64,000 bases of DNA. Origin: Myxococcales bacterium UBA1203 (lineage in GTDB: Bacteria > Myxococcota > Myxococcia > Myxococcales > UBA5297). Shown here one piece after another: positions 19,456 through 28,527 of the stretch (its first letter is position 1; each line of letters opens with the position of its first letter). The stretch is taken from contig DBXV01000016.1 of the NCBI GenBank assembly GCA_002309695.1, positions 180,625-244,624 on the forward strand. Reading direction: 5' to 3'. The translations under genes and the position numbers were made by a program. The notes under the pieces are model-generated. The model was given only the letters and a program-made list of their open reading frames with translations. It made no database searches and was not told the origin of the DNA.

Positions 19456-19833
19456 ATGTCCAGCCAGCGCGGTCTGAAATACTCCAAAGAACACCAGTGG
19501 CTCGCCCTCGAAGGGAAAGAAGCTCTGGTGGGTTTGACCGAATTTGCCGTCGGCCAGCTCGGGGACATCGTCTTTGTGGATTTGCCCGCTCCGGGAACCG
19601 CTTTTCGCGCGGGGGACGTTCTGGGAACGGTCGAGAGCACCAAAACTTCCTCGGACATCTTTTATCCGGTCAGCGGCAGGGTCATCGGCGTCAACGAGGC
19701 GCTGAACGACACGCCGGAACTCATCAATCAGGACCCCTGCGGCAAAGGCTGGCTGGTGCGGATTGAATGCAGCGATGTGAACGAAGTCGGCTCGCTGATG
19801 GACGCCGATGCCTACAAGGCGGTGACCGGCTGA
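19456..19833 (+). CDS. gcvH: Glycine cleavage H protein / lipoyl carrier
   Basis: KYSKEHQW, VGLTEFAVGQLGDIVFVDLP, VESTKTSSD (lipoyl Lys), PELINQDP. Confidence 0.93.
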   Translation: MSSQRGLKYSKEHQWLALEGKEALVGLTEFAVGQLGDIVFVDLPAPGTAFRAGDVLGTVESTKTSSDIFYPVSGRVIGVNEALNDTPELINQDPCGKGWLVRIECSDVNEVGSLMDADAYKAVTG

Positions 19834-19849
19834 CAGCTGCCTGCTGACC

Positions 19850-20806
19850 TCAGGGGGAGGTGATTTCCGCGAGCTCCGATTTCAGATCTCCCCGGATCTC
19901 GCGGATGAAATCAGCCGTTTGCGGCGAGAGGCGCTCCAGACGTTCTTTCAGAGGCAGCACCTCTTCATGGGCGCTGTCTCCATCGGCAGCACCGGCATTC
20001 GGGGCGCGCGTCAGTTCCAGAAATGCCAGCGCGCGGAAAACGGCTTCGCAGTCCTGACTTTTTTCCGGTGTGCCGCAGGCTGTTTCCGCTTTGGCCAGGA
20101 GCTTTTCGGACTGCTCGGCATAGCTTCCGCCCTCGGGCGCTGTGACGGGCGGCATCTGATGGCGCTCCCAGGCGATGGAAAACACGCCGTCGCTGTCAGG
20201 GGGAAATGCCACGGGCAGAAAGACGTGCTCCCGGGTGCCGAAAGGCACGTAGTCCAGCACGAAGAGGTTCGGCGTTTCCTCCCGCGTCAGGTGACAGACG
20301 CCCTGCCAGCCGTAGCTCGTCAGCTTCATGGACGGAAACGTCATGAGCCACAGGCGGCATCTGGGGTCATCCCTGCTCTGGGACTGTGAAAAAAAGCCGT
20401 TTTCTCTGCCGTCGGACTCGGGCGCGGCGAAGAGCCGTTCCGTCTTGGGAAAGCTGGCGAGGACGCGGCCCGGGAAGAGAAAAATTTCCCGTTCATCCGT
20501 CAGCGGATTCGTCTGCACGCTGAAAATGCCCAGAAAACCCTCGTCATCCGCGCTGCCGACCGATTCCTGACCTTTGCCGGTTCCATTGCCGCCATCGGAG
20601 GCGTCATCCCGGTTCTGCCGCTTTCTTTCCTCTTCGAGCCGGGCAAACCGCTCTGCCGCCAGCTCGCGCTGCTCCTTCTGCCGGACGTAGGCATAGTCCT
20701 GTTCCCAGACCGACCTTTCTTCATTCTGAATGTGCAGACGAAGCAGGATGCCGGCGGCGAAGAGAGCGAGTCCCAGAAAGAGAAAGGCGATTTGTTTTGT
20801 TGGCAT
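19850..20806 (-). CDS. Hypothetical membrane-anchored protein
   Basis: N-terminal TM (IAFLFLGLALFAAGILL) then coiled coil; no recognised domain. Confidence 0.6.
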   Translation of the reverse strand: MPTKQIAFLFLGLALFAAGILLRLHIQNEERSVWEQDYAYVRQKEQRELAAERFARLEEERKRQNRDDASDGGNGTGKGQESVGSADDEGFLGIFSVQTNPLTDEREIFLFPGRVLASFPKTERLFAAPESDGRENGFFSQSQSRDDPRCRLWLMTFPSMKLTSYGWQGVCHLTREETPNLFVLDYVPFGTREHVFLPVAFPPDSDGVFSIAWERHQMPPVTAPEGGSYAEQSEKLLAKAETACGTPEKSQDCEAVFRALAFLELTRAPNAGAADGDSAHEEVLPLKERLERLSPQTADFIREIRGDLKSELAEITSP

Positions 20807-21004
20807 GAAATGAATTCCAATTTCGTCTGCGGTTGAGGGCAGGGAAGTGAGCTGCGAGGCGCGCTTCTGAGCCGGCATTCCCAGCTTTACAACCCTCGGC
20901 TCCGTCGCTTAAAGGCGCCCGCTTTTTTTCCGGGAAACCAGGCGGGCCGCCTGCCGCGGCAGCAAATTCATCCGGCGGCACCGGCGCCAGACGAGAGAGA
21001 GCAG

Positions 21005-21709
21005 ATGAACCGGGCGAAATATATTGTTGTCGAAGGTCCTATCGGGGTCGGGAAAACATCGCTGGTCCGGATCCTGTCAGAGGAAATGCGGGCCCGGACC
21101 ATTCTGGAAATCGTCGAGGAGAACCCCTTCCTGTCCAGCTTCTACGCAGACCGGGAAAAATACGCGTTTCAGACACAGCTGTTTTTTCTGCTCAGCCGGT
21201 TCAAGCAGCAGCAGGACCTCTCGCAGCAGGAGCTGTTCAGCCAGGTGACGGTGTCGGATTATTTTTTCGCCAAGGACCGCATTTTTGCCGGCCTGACGCT
21301 GGATCGGAACGAGCTGGGCCTTTACGATCGCATCTACGCGCTGCTGCAGCCGAAAATCGTCAAGCCTGACCTAGTTGTTTACCTGCAGGCGCGCCTCGAC
21401 GTGCTGCTGGCCCAGATCAAGAAGCGCGGCCGCGATTTTGAGCGGATGTTTGACGCGGATTACCTGACGCAGGTGTGCGGCGCTTACACGGATTTCTTTC
21501 GCCACTACGACGAGACGCCCGTTTTGATTGTTGACTCCAGCGACATCGACTTTGTGGGCAATCTCGACGACAGGGCCGCCCTTCTGGAGGCCGTCTTCCG
21601 GGCGGGCAGCGGCCGGGAATACTACTATCCAAAAGCACGGACGCCTTCCGGCGGAGCCGCAGATGCCGCTTCGGGCGGGACGTCAGCTGGCAGGGATGCA
21701 GCCCTGTAA
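21005..21709 (+). CDS. Deoxynucleoside kinase (dCK/dGK family)
   Basis: VEGPIGVGKTS P-loop, ENPFL, AFQTQLFFLLSRF, PDLVVYLQA, KRGRDFE. Confidence 0.92.
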   Translation: MNRAKYIVVEGPIGVGKTSLVRILSEEMRARTILEIVEENPFLSSFYADREKYAFQTQLFFLLSRFKQQQDLSQQELFSQVTVSDYFFAKDRIFAGLTLDRNELGLYDRIYALLQPKIVKPDLVVYLQARLDVLLAQIKKRGRDFERMFDADYLTQVCGAYTDFFRHYDETPVLIVDSSDIDFVGNLDDRAALLEAVFRAGSGREYYYPKARTPSGGAADAASGGTSAGRDAAL

Positions 21710-21782
21710 AGTCCCGCAGCTCGTTGTTCCAAAACCGCCTGAAAGTTTTTTGCTGATGCGCAGGCAGCTGCGCGGAGTCTTC

Positions 21783-22424
21783 ATGGGAATCATCATCGAC
21801 AAAGCCGAAGTCGGGCCGTTCGCCGTCAATACGTATCTCTTGACGGATGAGGAGACGCGGGAGGCGTGGCTGGTCGATGCGGGGGGGAGCCTGGACCTCG
21901 TGGAGACCATGGTTCAGCGGAATGGCGCCTCGGTTCAGGCTGTGGCCGCCACGCATGGGCACATCGACCACGTGGCCGGCGCCGCTGAGGCCTGCCGCCA
22001 TTTCGGCGTCCCCTTTCTGATTCACCCGGACGATGAGCCGCTTCTGGCGACGCTCGGCCTGCAGGCGCGCCTCTTTGGCTTCCCGCAGACGGACGTGCCT
22101 GCCGTCGGCCGCCATCTGAATGATGGAGAAATGATCCGCATCGGCCGCAGCGAGGGAAAGGTCATCCACACTCCCGGACATACGCCGGGCGGCATCTGTC
22201 TGTTTTTTGAGGAAAGCGCCCTTCTCGTGACAGGGGATACGCTGTTCGCCGGTTCGGTCGGGCGGACTGACCTGCCCGGAGGAAATTCGTCCGCCATCGT
22301 CCGCTCCATCAGGGAACGGATTTATGCGCTTCCTGGAGACCCTGTTTTTTTCCCCGGGCATGGGCCGCGGGGCCGTCTTTCCTTTGAGCGCGGGCACAAC
22401 GCCTGCGTACGCGCGGAAGGCTGA
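21783..22424 (+). CDS. MBL-fold metallo-hydrolase (glyoxalase II-like)
   Basis: THGHIDHVAG, HTPGHTPG, TGDTLFAGSVGRTDLPGG, PGHG. Confidence 0.9.
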   Translation: MGIIIDKAEVGPFAVNTYLLTDEETREAWLVDAGGSLDLVETMVQRNGASVQAVAATHGHIDHVAGAAEACRHFGVPFLIHPDDEPLLATLGLQARLFGFPQTDVPAVGRHLNDGEMIRIGRSEGKVIHTPGHTPGGICLFFEESALLVTGDTLFAGSVGRTDLPGGNSSAIVRSIRERIYALPGDPVFFPGHGPRGRLSFERGHNACVRAEG

Positions 22425-22433
22425 GGTGTTCTG

Positions 22434-24077
22434 ATGAGCCAGTACAAGTCGTCCAATTCGTCCTCTCGTCTGTCCAGGGACTATGGCGACGACGGCGGGA
22501 GTGCGGGGATGGGAGGCGCATCGAGGGGGCAGCGCCAGCCGCGCGCGCAGGCCGCCCGTTCCATGTCGGGCATTCATCAGGCTATCTCCCGCGAGCAGGT
22601 GGAGGTTCGCAAAGCGAAGCCTGCGGGCGCGAGCCGTGCGAGTGTCCCGGCGGACGACGACTGGAACTGGGAGGCACAGCCGGCGGCGTCCGATTTTGAT
22701 GAGCGGAACTCTTCCGCCGCGCAGCCGGCGCAGAAGCGGCGCAAAAAAAAGAGCGCGGCCGAGAGCGACAGTTATTCCGACGCGGAGATGTATTCTTTCG
22801 GGGCTTCAGCGGGGCGGGGCGAGTCGCTGGAGGACGACGATGGGCCGAGCTTTGCCGAAGCGGGCACCAGAGTTCTCTCGGCCGATGAAGTCAGCGCGGG
22901 CACTTCCAGTTCTGAAGGCGCCGTCCGCCGCAAAAAGAAGCCGAAAGCCAGGCTGGCCGAGGCCGGCACCCAGATGCTGGATGCTCCTCAGTATGACGAC
23001 GAGTATTCAGACGGCGGCTCCGGCGGGCGCGGCTTTGCCGAGGTCGGCACGCAGATGCTGGATGCTCCCAAGTATGAGGATGAGTATTCGGGCGGCGGTT
23101 CCGGGAGCGGGTTCGCCAGCGCCGACACGGGAAGCATCGAGGCGCCGCAGTACGACGATGCCCAGTACGATGACGGCTATGCAGATTCGGGACTGGGCGG
23201 CCGCGGCCAGCGCGGCTTTGCTGCGGCGGGCACGCAGATGCTGGATGCCCCCCAGTATGACGACGACGCGGGTGCCTCTCAGAACGGCGCGTTTTCGTCA
23301 GATTTCGCCCATGAGGGGACGAATCTCCTCGATATGAACGCTGCGGCGCTGGACCAGCCGCCGCCTCAACAGGGCGGCTTTGCCTGGCCTGTTTCGGATG
23401 CCCGCTCGGGAACTCAGACGCTGGATGCCGCTCTGGACGCGGGCCTCATGGAGACCCCGCAGGACAAGGCGCTGGGGGAAGACGGCGAGGAAAAGCCGAA
23501 AAATTTCGACGTTTCCGAAGATGCGACCATTGAAGTCGTCATTTGGAACCTGCTGCGCCAGATTGTTTACAACGTGGCCGTTTTCCTCCGCGACCATGTG
23601 ACCCCCCTGCGGGACAGTATGGATCGCTACATCGAGCGCTCGAAGGCGATTCAGGAAAACCAGAATGCCGCCATGTCTCCCCAGGGCCGCCGGCTCATGC
23701 GCGCCGCCACGGTGGCGACGGTGCTGTTTGTGACGGGACTTTCCGTATATGTCGTTTATGAGACAAAAAAGGAAAAGGTCCCGCCCATTGAGCTGGCCAA
23801 GCTGCTTTATCCGTATGGCCCCCATGACGGCAGTTTGAACGGAAAGCCTTTCGCCGGCTTTGTGAATGTGGATTTCAAATACCTGCAAAGGGAACCCTGC
23901 TCCGAGGGCCAGACACAGGCGAATTGTTTCGCCTATGAATATAAAGCCAGGAATCTGGAAAACTTTTCAGGAAAAATGATTATCGGCGTCAATCAGAACG
24001 GCCATTGGATGCTGTTCAATCCGCCCAAAGATCTGGTGGTGGCGGCGCAGGCCAAGCGGCGTCCCAAGCGGAGATGA
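22434..24077 (+). CDS. Bitopic membrane protein with disordered N-terminus carrying GTQMLDAPQYDD repeats
   Basis: Low-complexity acidic N-terminal region, one TM (AATVATVLFVTGLSVYVVY), small C-terminal domain with a Cys pair. Confidence 0.75.
   Translation: MSQYKSSNSSSRLSRDYGDDGGSAGMGGASRGQRQPRAQAARSMSGIHQAISREQVEVRKAKPAGASRASVPADDDWNWEAQPAASDFDERNSSAAQPAQKRRKKKSAAESDSYSDAEMYSFGASAGRGESLEDDDGPSFAEAGTRVLSADEVSAGTSSSEGAVRRKKKPKARLAEAGTQMLDAPQYDDEYSDGGSGGRGFAEVGTQMLDAPKYEDEYSGGGSGSGFASADTGSIEAPQYDDAQYDDGYADSGLGGRGQRGFAAAGTQMLDAPQYDDDAGASQNGAFSSDFAHEGTNLLDMNAAALDQPPPQQGGFAWPVSDARSGTQTLDAALDAGLMETPQDKALGEDGEEKPKNFDVSEDATIEVVIWNLLRQIVYNVAVFLRDHVTPLRDSMDRYIERSKAIQENQNAAMSPQGRRLMRAATVATVLFVTGLSVYVVYETKKEKVPPIELAKLLYPYGPHDGSLNGKPFAGFVNVDFKYLQREPCSEGQTQANCFAYEYKARNLENFSGKMIIGVNQNGHWMLFNPPKDLVVAAQAKRRPKRR
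22850..23430 (+). repeat. Intragenic imperfect tandem repeats (~7 copies of (F/L)A(E/A)xGTQMLD[APQYDD])
   Basis: GGCAC(C/G)CAGATGCTGGATGC recurs at ~22965, ~23046 and ~23229, plus degenerate copies. Confidence 0.8.
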
Positions 24078-24197
24078 CGCCTCAGCTGACGCAGGAAATG
24101 ATGGGGTGTTTTTTGGGGGTTGATGTGCGCTGGGAAATCCGGAGCGCATTTGAAAAAGCCCTTTTGAGGAAGCGTTTCAGAGGAAGCATAAGGAAGC

Positions 24198-24431
24198 ATG
24201 ATGATGAGAAATGAGATGGACAAGCTGATGGATCAGGCCGGCAGTTCGCTCCCGTTCGCGGAGGGAAACACCGGATTTCCCGAGTTTTCCGAAAGCCCGG
24301 ATTTCGTGGCGCTGTCTGGATCGGCACAGGGGGCGAAGCATGTGGACGAGCAGGCGTGGATGGATTCCAAGCTGCTGAGCCCCGAGGTTCGTCAGATGCT
24401 CCAGAGTGCCATGAAGTGTGCCAAGGCATGA
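24198..24431 (+). CDS. Small hypothetical protein
   Basis: 77-aa ORF with AAGGA SD-like motif; downstream hairpin at 24512-24548. Confidence 0.4.
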   Translation: MMMRNEMDKLMDQAGSSLPFAEGNTGFPEFSESPDFVALSGSAQGAKHVDEQAWMDSKLLSPEVRQMLQSAMKCAKA

Positions 24432-24611
24432 CGTTTTGTGCGGCAGACGCTGAATGCCTCACGCCAGAAATACGGACTGGAAAGCAGAACCAGGAAGAAA
24501 TGCAGCACTGCAGAGGGTCGGGCGCAGAGAGTGCGCCGACCCTCTTTCATTGTTCTCAAGGCGGGAATGCGGCTCCCTGCCGCGGGGACTTGAGAATGCG
24601 GGAAGTCTTCA

Positions 24612-25844
24612 ATGAGCTACGTCGTCCTCGCGCGGAAATACCGTCCCCAGTCGTTCGACTCGATGACGGGGCAGGAGCACATCGTCCGGACACTGACCAA
24701 TGCCATTGCGCAGGGGCGGGTGGCGCACGCCTATCTTTTTTGTGGTCCGCGAGGCGTGGGCAAGACCACGGCAGCCCGCGTGCTGGCCAGAGCACTGAAT
24801 TGTGAGCATGGGCCGACCGCGACGCCCTGCGGCGTGTGCCAGGCGTGCCGGGACATCGCTGCGGGTGTCTCCCTCGATGTCAGCGAAATCGACGGCGCCT
24901 CCAACAACGGCGTGGAGGACGTGCGGCAGATCCGCGAGCGCGTGACCTATCTGCCTCAGCGGGAGCGGCACAAAATCTACATCATCGACGAAGTTCACAT
25001 GCTGACGACGCAGGCATTCAACGCGCTCTTAAAGACGCTGGAGGAGCCGCCCGAGCACGTGAAGTTCATCTTCGCCACGACCGAGCCGCAGAAGCTGCCG
25101 GACACGATTCTTTCGAGGTGTCAGCGCCACAACTTCCGGCGGATTCCTGCTGCATCCATGGCGAAGCGGCTGAATGAAATTCTGACGCTGGAGAACGCGC
25201 ATCTTTCCGACAGGGCCGTGAGCCTGATTGTCCGGCAGTCCGAAGGGGGAATGCGGGACGCACTGTCCATGCTGGACATGGTTCTGTCCGCCTGCGGCAG
25301 TTCGCCTTCGGATGAGGATGTCGCGGAGGCGCTGGGGGCCATCGACCGGAATGCGGCGCAGACGCTGTGCGGGGCGCTGATTCAGCGGGACGCGGCCGCG
25401 ATGCTCACGCAGGTCGAGGCGCTTTACTGCCGCGGCGTGGACTTCAAGCGGCTGTTCGAGGAGCTGGCCCTGCAGTTTCGCAATCTGCTGGTGGCCAGGT
25501 CCGTGTCTGATCCCGAGGCACGGAAAGCTGCGCTGGGGGATTTGGCGGACAGTGAGCGTGAGGCCGCTGTTGAGATGTCCAAAAACGTGGACCCCGCTCA
25601 GCTCGCCCGGCTGTTTGACCTGGTTCACGGGGCGGTCTGGGACGTTTCCCGAGCGGCACAGCCCCGTCTGGCCGCCGAGGTGGCACTTCTCAAGGGCATC
25701 CATCTGGCGCCCAGTCAGTCGGTGGCTTCAGCCATCGCCCGCGTGGAGGCTTTGACGCGCCAGCTGACGGGCCCCGCAGTTCCGGGCAGTTCGGCTGTTT
25801 CTCCGATCTCTGCGCAGGCGAGGCCATTTCGCCCTTTTCACTGA
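24612..25844 (+). CDS. dnaX: DNA polymerase III gamma/tau, zero-frame (gamma-like, 410 aa) part
   Basis: LARKYRP, GQEHI, HAYLFCGPRGVGKTT, zinc-binding Cys cluster, IIDEVHML, NALLKTLEEPP, SRC motif, GGMRDALS. Confidence 0.97.
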   Translation: MSYVVLARKYRPQSFDSMTGQEHIVRTLTNAIAQGRVAHAYLFCGPRGVGKTTAARVLARALNCEHGPTATPCGVCQACRDIAAGVSLDVSEIDGASNNGVEDVRQIRERVTYLPQRERHKIYIIDEVHMLTTQAFNALLKTLEEPPEHVKFIFATTEPQKLPDTILSRCQRHNFRRIPAASMAKRLNEILTLENAHLSDRAVSLIVRQSEGGMRDALSMLDMVLSACGSSPSDEDVAEALGAIDRNAAQTLCGALIQRDAAAMLTQVEALYCRGVDFKRLFEELALQFRNLLVARSVSDPEARKAALGDLADSEREAAVEMSKNVDPAQLARLFDLVHGAVWDVSRAAQPRLAAEVALLKGIHLAPSQSVASAIARVEALTRQLTGPAVPGSSAVSPISAQARPFRPFH

Positions 25845-25876
25845 AGCCGGCCGTTCAGGAAGACGCGGCGGCCGGC
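25832..25876 (+). other. Putative -1 programmed ribosomal frameshift signal (C_CCT_TTT, 7-nt spacer, GC stem-loop)
   Basis: In-frame X_XXY_YYZ heptamer at 25832-25838; stem GCCGGCCG(25846-53)/CGGCCGGC(25869-76); -1 frame open to 26539. Confidence 0.7.
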
Positions 25877-26539
25877 GCAGACGGAGCGAATGTCAGGCAG
25901 GAATCTGCAAAGTTGCCGGCGCCGTCTCTGGTTCCATTGATGGAACAGACGGCGCCTTCTTCCGATGGCATGCCGTCGTCGCCCGAGGCCGGTTCGCCGT
26001 CTGCGTTGGCGGAAGAGGCAGCTGAATGCGCCGCACAGGCCGCACCTGTTTCTGGCAGAGAGGGACAAGCTGCTTTGGCCGAGATGTGGGCGCGCCTGGT
26101 GGCGGACACACGCTCCAGAAAGCAGACGTTTCTTGCCGGCGCTTTGAATCGGGCCTGCCTTCTCGATTTCAGAAATGGCATCGCCCGCATCGGCTTTACG
26201 TCGGACAGTCAGGCGGCCAGGAACGAAGCTGAGCACGCCGTCAGGGACATCGAGGCTTTTCTGACGGCGCAGGCAGGCCGTCCCGTGACGCTGATTTTCG
26301 AGAGCGCGGCGCCCGAACAGTCGGCGATGTCCATGGCTTCCCGCGAGCGTGCGCAGCGAGAGGACCGGGAGGACGCGCTGCGGAATGCCTGCCTCGATTC
26401 AGATGCGGTTCGCCTCGTGAAAAAGATGCTTGGCGCCTCTGTGTCTCAGGTGATGCCCAACATGGATTTCGGCTGCGCGCCCGGCGGGACCGCTTTCAAT
26501 GATTTTGTGGTGGATGCGGATGACAGTGCCGATGACTGA
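25838..26539 (+). CDS. dnaX: DnaX tau C-terminal portion, in the -1 frame
   Basis: Pro/Ala linker then WARLV...FLAGAL...IARIGF...AGRPVTLIFE...DAVRLVKKMLGASV, resembling DnaX C-terminal domains; lies between dnaX and ybaB. Confidence 0.75.
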   Translation, partial: SLKPAVQEDAAAGADGANVRQESAKLPAPSLVPLMEQTAPSSDGMPSSPEAGSPSALAEEAAECAAQAAPVSGREGQAALAEMWARLVADTRSRKQTFLAGALNRACLLDFRNGIARIGFTSDSQAARNEAEHAVRDIEAFLTAQAGRPVTLIFESAAPEQSAMSMASRERAQREDREDALRNACLDSDAVRLVKKMLGASVSQVMPNMDFGCAPGGTAFNDFVVDADDSADD

Positions 26540-26753
26540 GCCGGGTGAACGAGGGCGGCCTGGCACAGCGCCATCAAGACGGGTGACTTTCGGGGAAAGC
26601 CCTGCGTAAGGCGCGCCGCCCTTTCCGCCGGGATGCACCGGCGGGTGAAGCAAAAACGAAGGGGCTGTCCAGCGGCGGCAGCCCCGATTTCTTTTGGCGG
26701 GAGTTCGTTTTTCCCGCCGCGATGTCCACAACCTCACAACAGGAGCGGTAAGC

Positions 26754-27071
26754 ATGCCCGGTATCGACGTCAATTTTTTCATTCGTCAGGCGAACAAACT
26801 GCAGAAGGAGCTGGAGGCAAAGCGGAGCGAGCTTGAGACCATCACCGTCGAAGGAAGTTCCGGCGGCGGGCTCGTCAAGGTCGTTGTCACCGGCGCTCAG
26901 CACCTTCAGTCCATTCACATCGATCCCAAGGCGCTGGAGGGCGGAGATGTCGCCATGCTGGAAGACCTGGTGATGGCTGCCATGAATCAGGGCCTCGATA
27001 ATTCGCGGAACCTGATGAAGACCGAGCTGGAGAAGGTGTCCGGCGGCGTTCGGATTCCTGGACTGACCTGA
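26754..27071 (+). CDS. ybaB: YbaB/EbfC nucleoid-associated protein
   Basis: VEGSSGGGLVKV, IDPKAL, MLEDLVMAAMN; canonical dnaX-ybaB-recR order. Confidence 0.93.
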   Translation: MPGIDVNFFIRQANKLQKELEAKRSELETITVEGSSGGGLVKVVVTGAQHLQSIHIDPKALEGGDVAMLEDLVMAAMNQGLDNSRNLMKTELEKVSGGVRIPGLT

Positions 27072-27251
27072 CAGAAGCGCGCGCTCAGCGAGCGGCGAAG
27101 TGCCTCTTCCGGCAGCTTTCGGAAGGGGCTTTTTCATTGGGAGCACACGGAGCGCGGCCGCAGCCCCTGACTGCGGTGCCTCGTCGGCGTTCACACCTGG
27201 GCATTCGCTCCCGGCATCCATCACCGGATTTGGCACCGGCACTTTGGAAAC

Positions 27252-27848
27252 ATGACACCCGAACCGCTTCAGCGACTGATTGTCGAGCTGGCCCGCCTGC
27301 CGGGCATTGGAGAGAAGACGGCCCAGCGGCTGGCTTTTCATCTTCTGCGCGCGCCGCCCGAGAACGCGCGGGCGCTGTCCGCCGCTATCGATGAGGTGAT
27401 GGATCAGGTCCGCATCTGTCCCGTCTGCTGCGCTCTGACCGGGGCGGGTGACTGTCCTCAGTGCAGCGACCCGAAGCGGGACAACCGCATCATCTGCGTG
27501 GTCGAAAACGTCGCCGACATGCTGGCCGTGGAAAGGACGCGCGAATTTGGCGGGCGCTACCACGTGCTTCATGGCGTCCTCTCGCCGCTCGACGGCATCG
27601 GCCCGGAGCAGCTGCACATCAAGGAACTGCTCAAAAGGCTTTCGTCCGGCACCGTCGAGGAGGTCATCGTCGCGACCAATCCGGACGTCGAGGGCGAGGT
27701 GACTGCGCTCTATCTGACCAAGCTGATTCGCCCGCTGGGGATTCGCGTGACGCGCATCGCTCAGGGCGTTCCCATGGGCGGCGACCTGGAATTTGCGGAT
27801 CAGGTGACGCTGGCGCGGGCGCTGGCCGGCCGTCAGGAGATTCCGTGA
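27252..27848 (+). CDS. recR: Recombination mediator RecR
   Basis: LPGIGEKTAQRLA HhH, C4 zinc finger, YHVLHG, ATNPDVEGE Toprim, GVPMGGDLEFAD. Confidence 0.97.
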   Translation: MTPEPLQRLIVELARLPGIGEKTAQRLAFHLLRAPPENARALSAAIDEVMDQVRICPVCCALTGAGDCPQCSDPKRDNRIICVVENVADMLAVERTREFGGRYHVLHGVLSPLDGIGPEQLHIKELLKRLSSGTVEEVIVATNPDVEGEVTALYLTKLIRPLGIRVTRIAQGVPMGGDLEFADQVTLARALAGRQEIP

Positions 27849-28435
27849 TGCGTCCTGGCATGGGTGAAAGAGGCAAGAGGCGCCCCGCCGCTTTCGCCGC
27901 CGCGGCTGCTCTGGTGATGGCTGCCGCGCCTTTGGGCTGTGACCGAATCGCTGGTCCGCAGGCCATGGTGGCGTCTGCGCTGACGGAGTCTGCGGGAGAG
28001 GGCCGCGTTCTGGAGGTTCCCGGATGCGGCGCGCTGACCATCCGCCGCGCGGTGTTTTCGCGGCTCCTCGTGAAGCCCGAGGGAAACGGCATGGTCGCGG
28101 TGGCGACGGTCGATGCGGAGGCCGAAGTCGGCGGTGAGGGGACGCTCGTCAGCTATCTGGGGCTGGAGCGCGTGCCGTTTGCCTGTGATTCGGTCCGCTG
28201 CGCGCCCGTCAATTCTCCTCTCCCGTCTCTGGTTTCCCTGCTCTCTGCAGTGTGCGGCCGCCGCGGTGCGCGCGGTTCTGAGGAGGGAAGAGCGGACGAT
28301 GAGAAAGTGTCGCGCTGGATCATTCGCGTTGACCGGGCACAGGCGGAAGTTCTGGAGGAGCGCGCCGGCCGCCGGGAGAGATTTGTCCTCAAAAACGAAA
28401 ACGGCACTTTCAGCTTCGCCCCGGGCGTGTATTAG
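27848..28435 (+). CDS. Hypothetical lipoprotein
   Basis: Start overlaps the recR stop (TGATG); hydrophobic stretch ending PLGC. Confidence 0.6.
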   Translation: MRPGMGERGKRRPAAFAAAAALVMAAAPLGCDRIAGPQAMVASALTESAGEGRVLEVPGCGALTIRRAVFSRLLVKPEGNGMVAVATVDAEAEVGGEGTLVSYLGLERVPFACDSVRCAPVNSPLPSLVSLLSAVCGRRGARGSEEGRADDEKVSRWIIRVDRAQAEVLEERAGRRERFVLKNENGTFSFAPGVY

Positions 28436-28527
28436 GGGCCCGCTTTTTTGACGGACGGCCGCCCTTTCGGTGGCCGTCCTGTGTTTTTTTCATTGGGCAA
28501 GACCGCTTTTTTCAAAGGTTCCATCGA

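Noticed and set aside
22850-23430. Direct repeats resembling a CRISPR array
   Set aside because: Repeats are in-frame coding units with synonymous variation and irregular spacing; no cas genes
24435-24600. Possible SRP RNA (ffs) upstream of dnaX
   Set aside because: No conserved domain IV (CAGG..GGAA..AGCAGC) match; the main hairpin at 24512-24548 looks like a terminator
25913-26539. 208-aa ORF treated as an independent gene
   Set aside because: TTG start without a convincing SD; the frame is open back to the dnaX slippery site and the product resembles the tau C-terminus, so it is interpreted as the frameshifted part of dnaX
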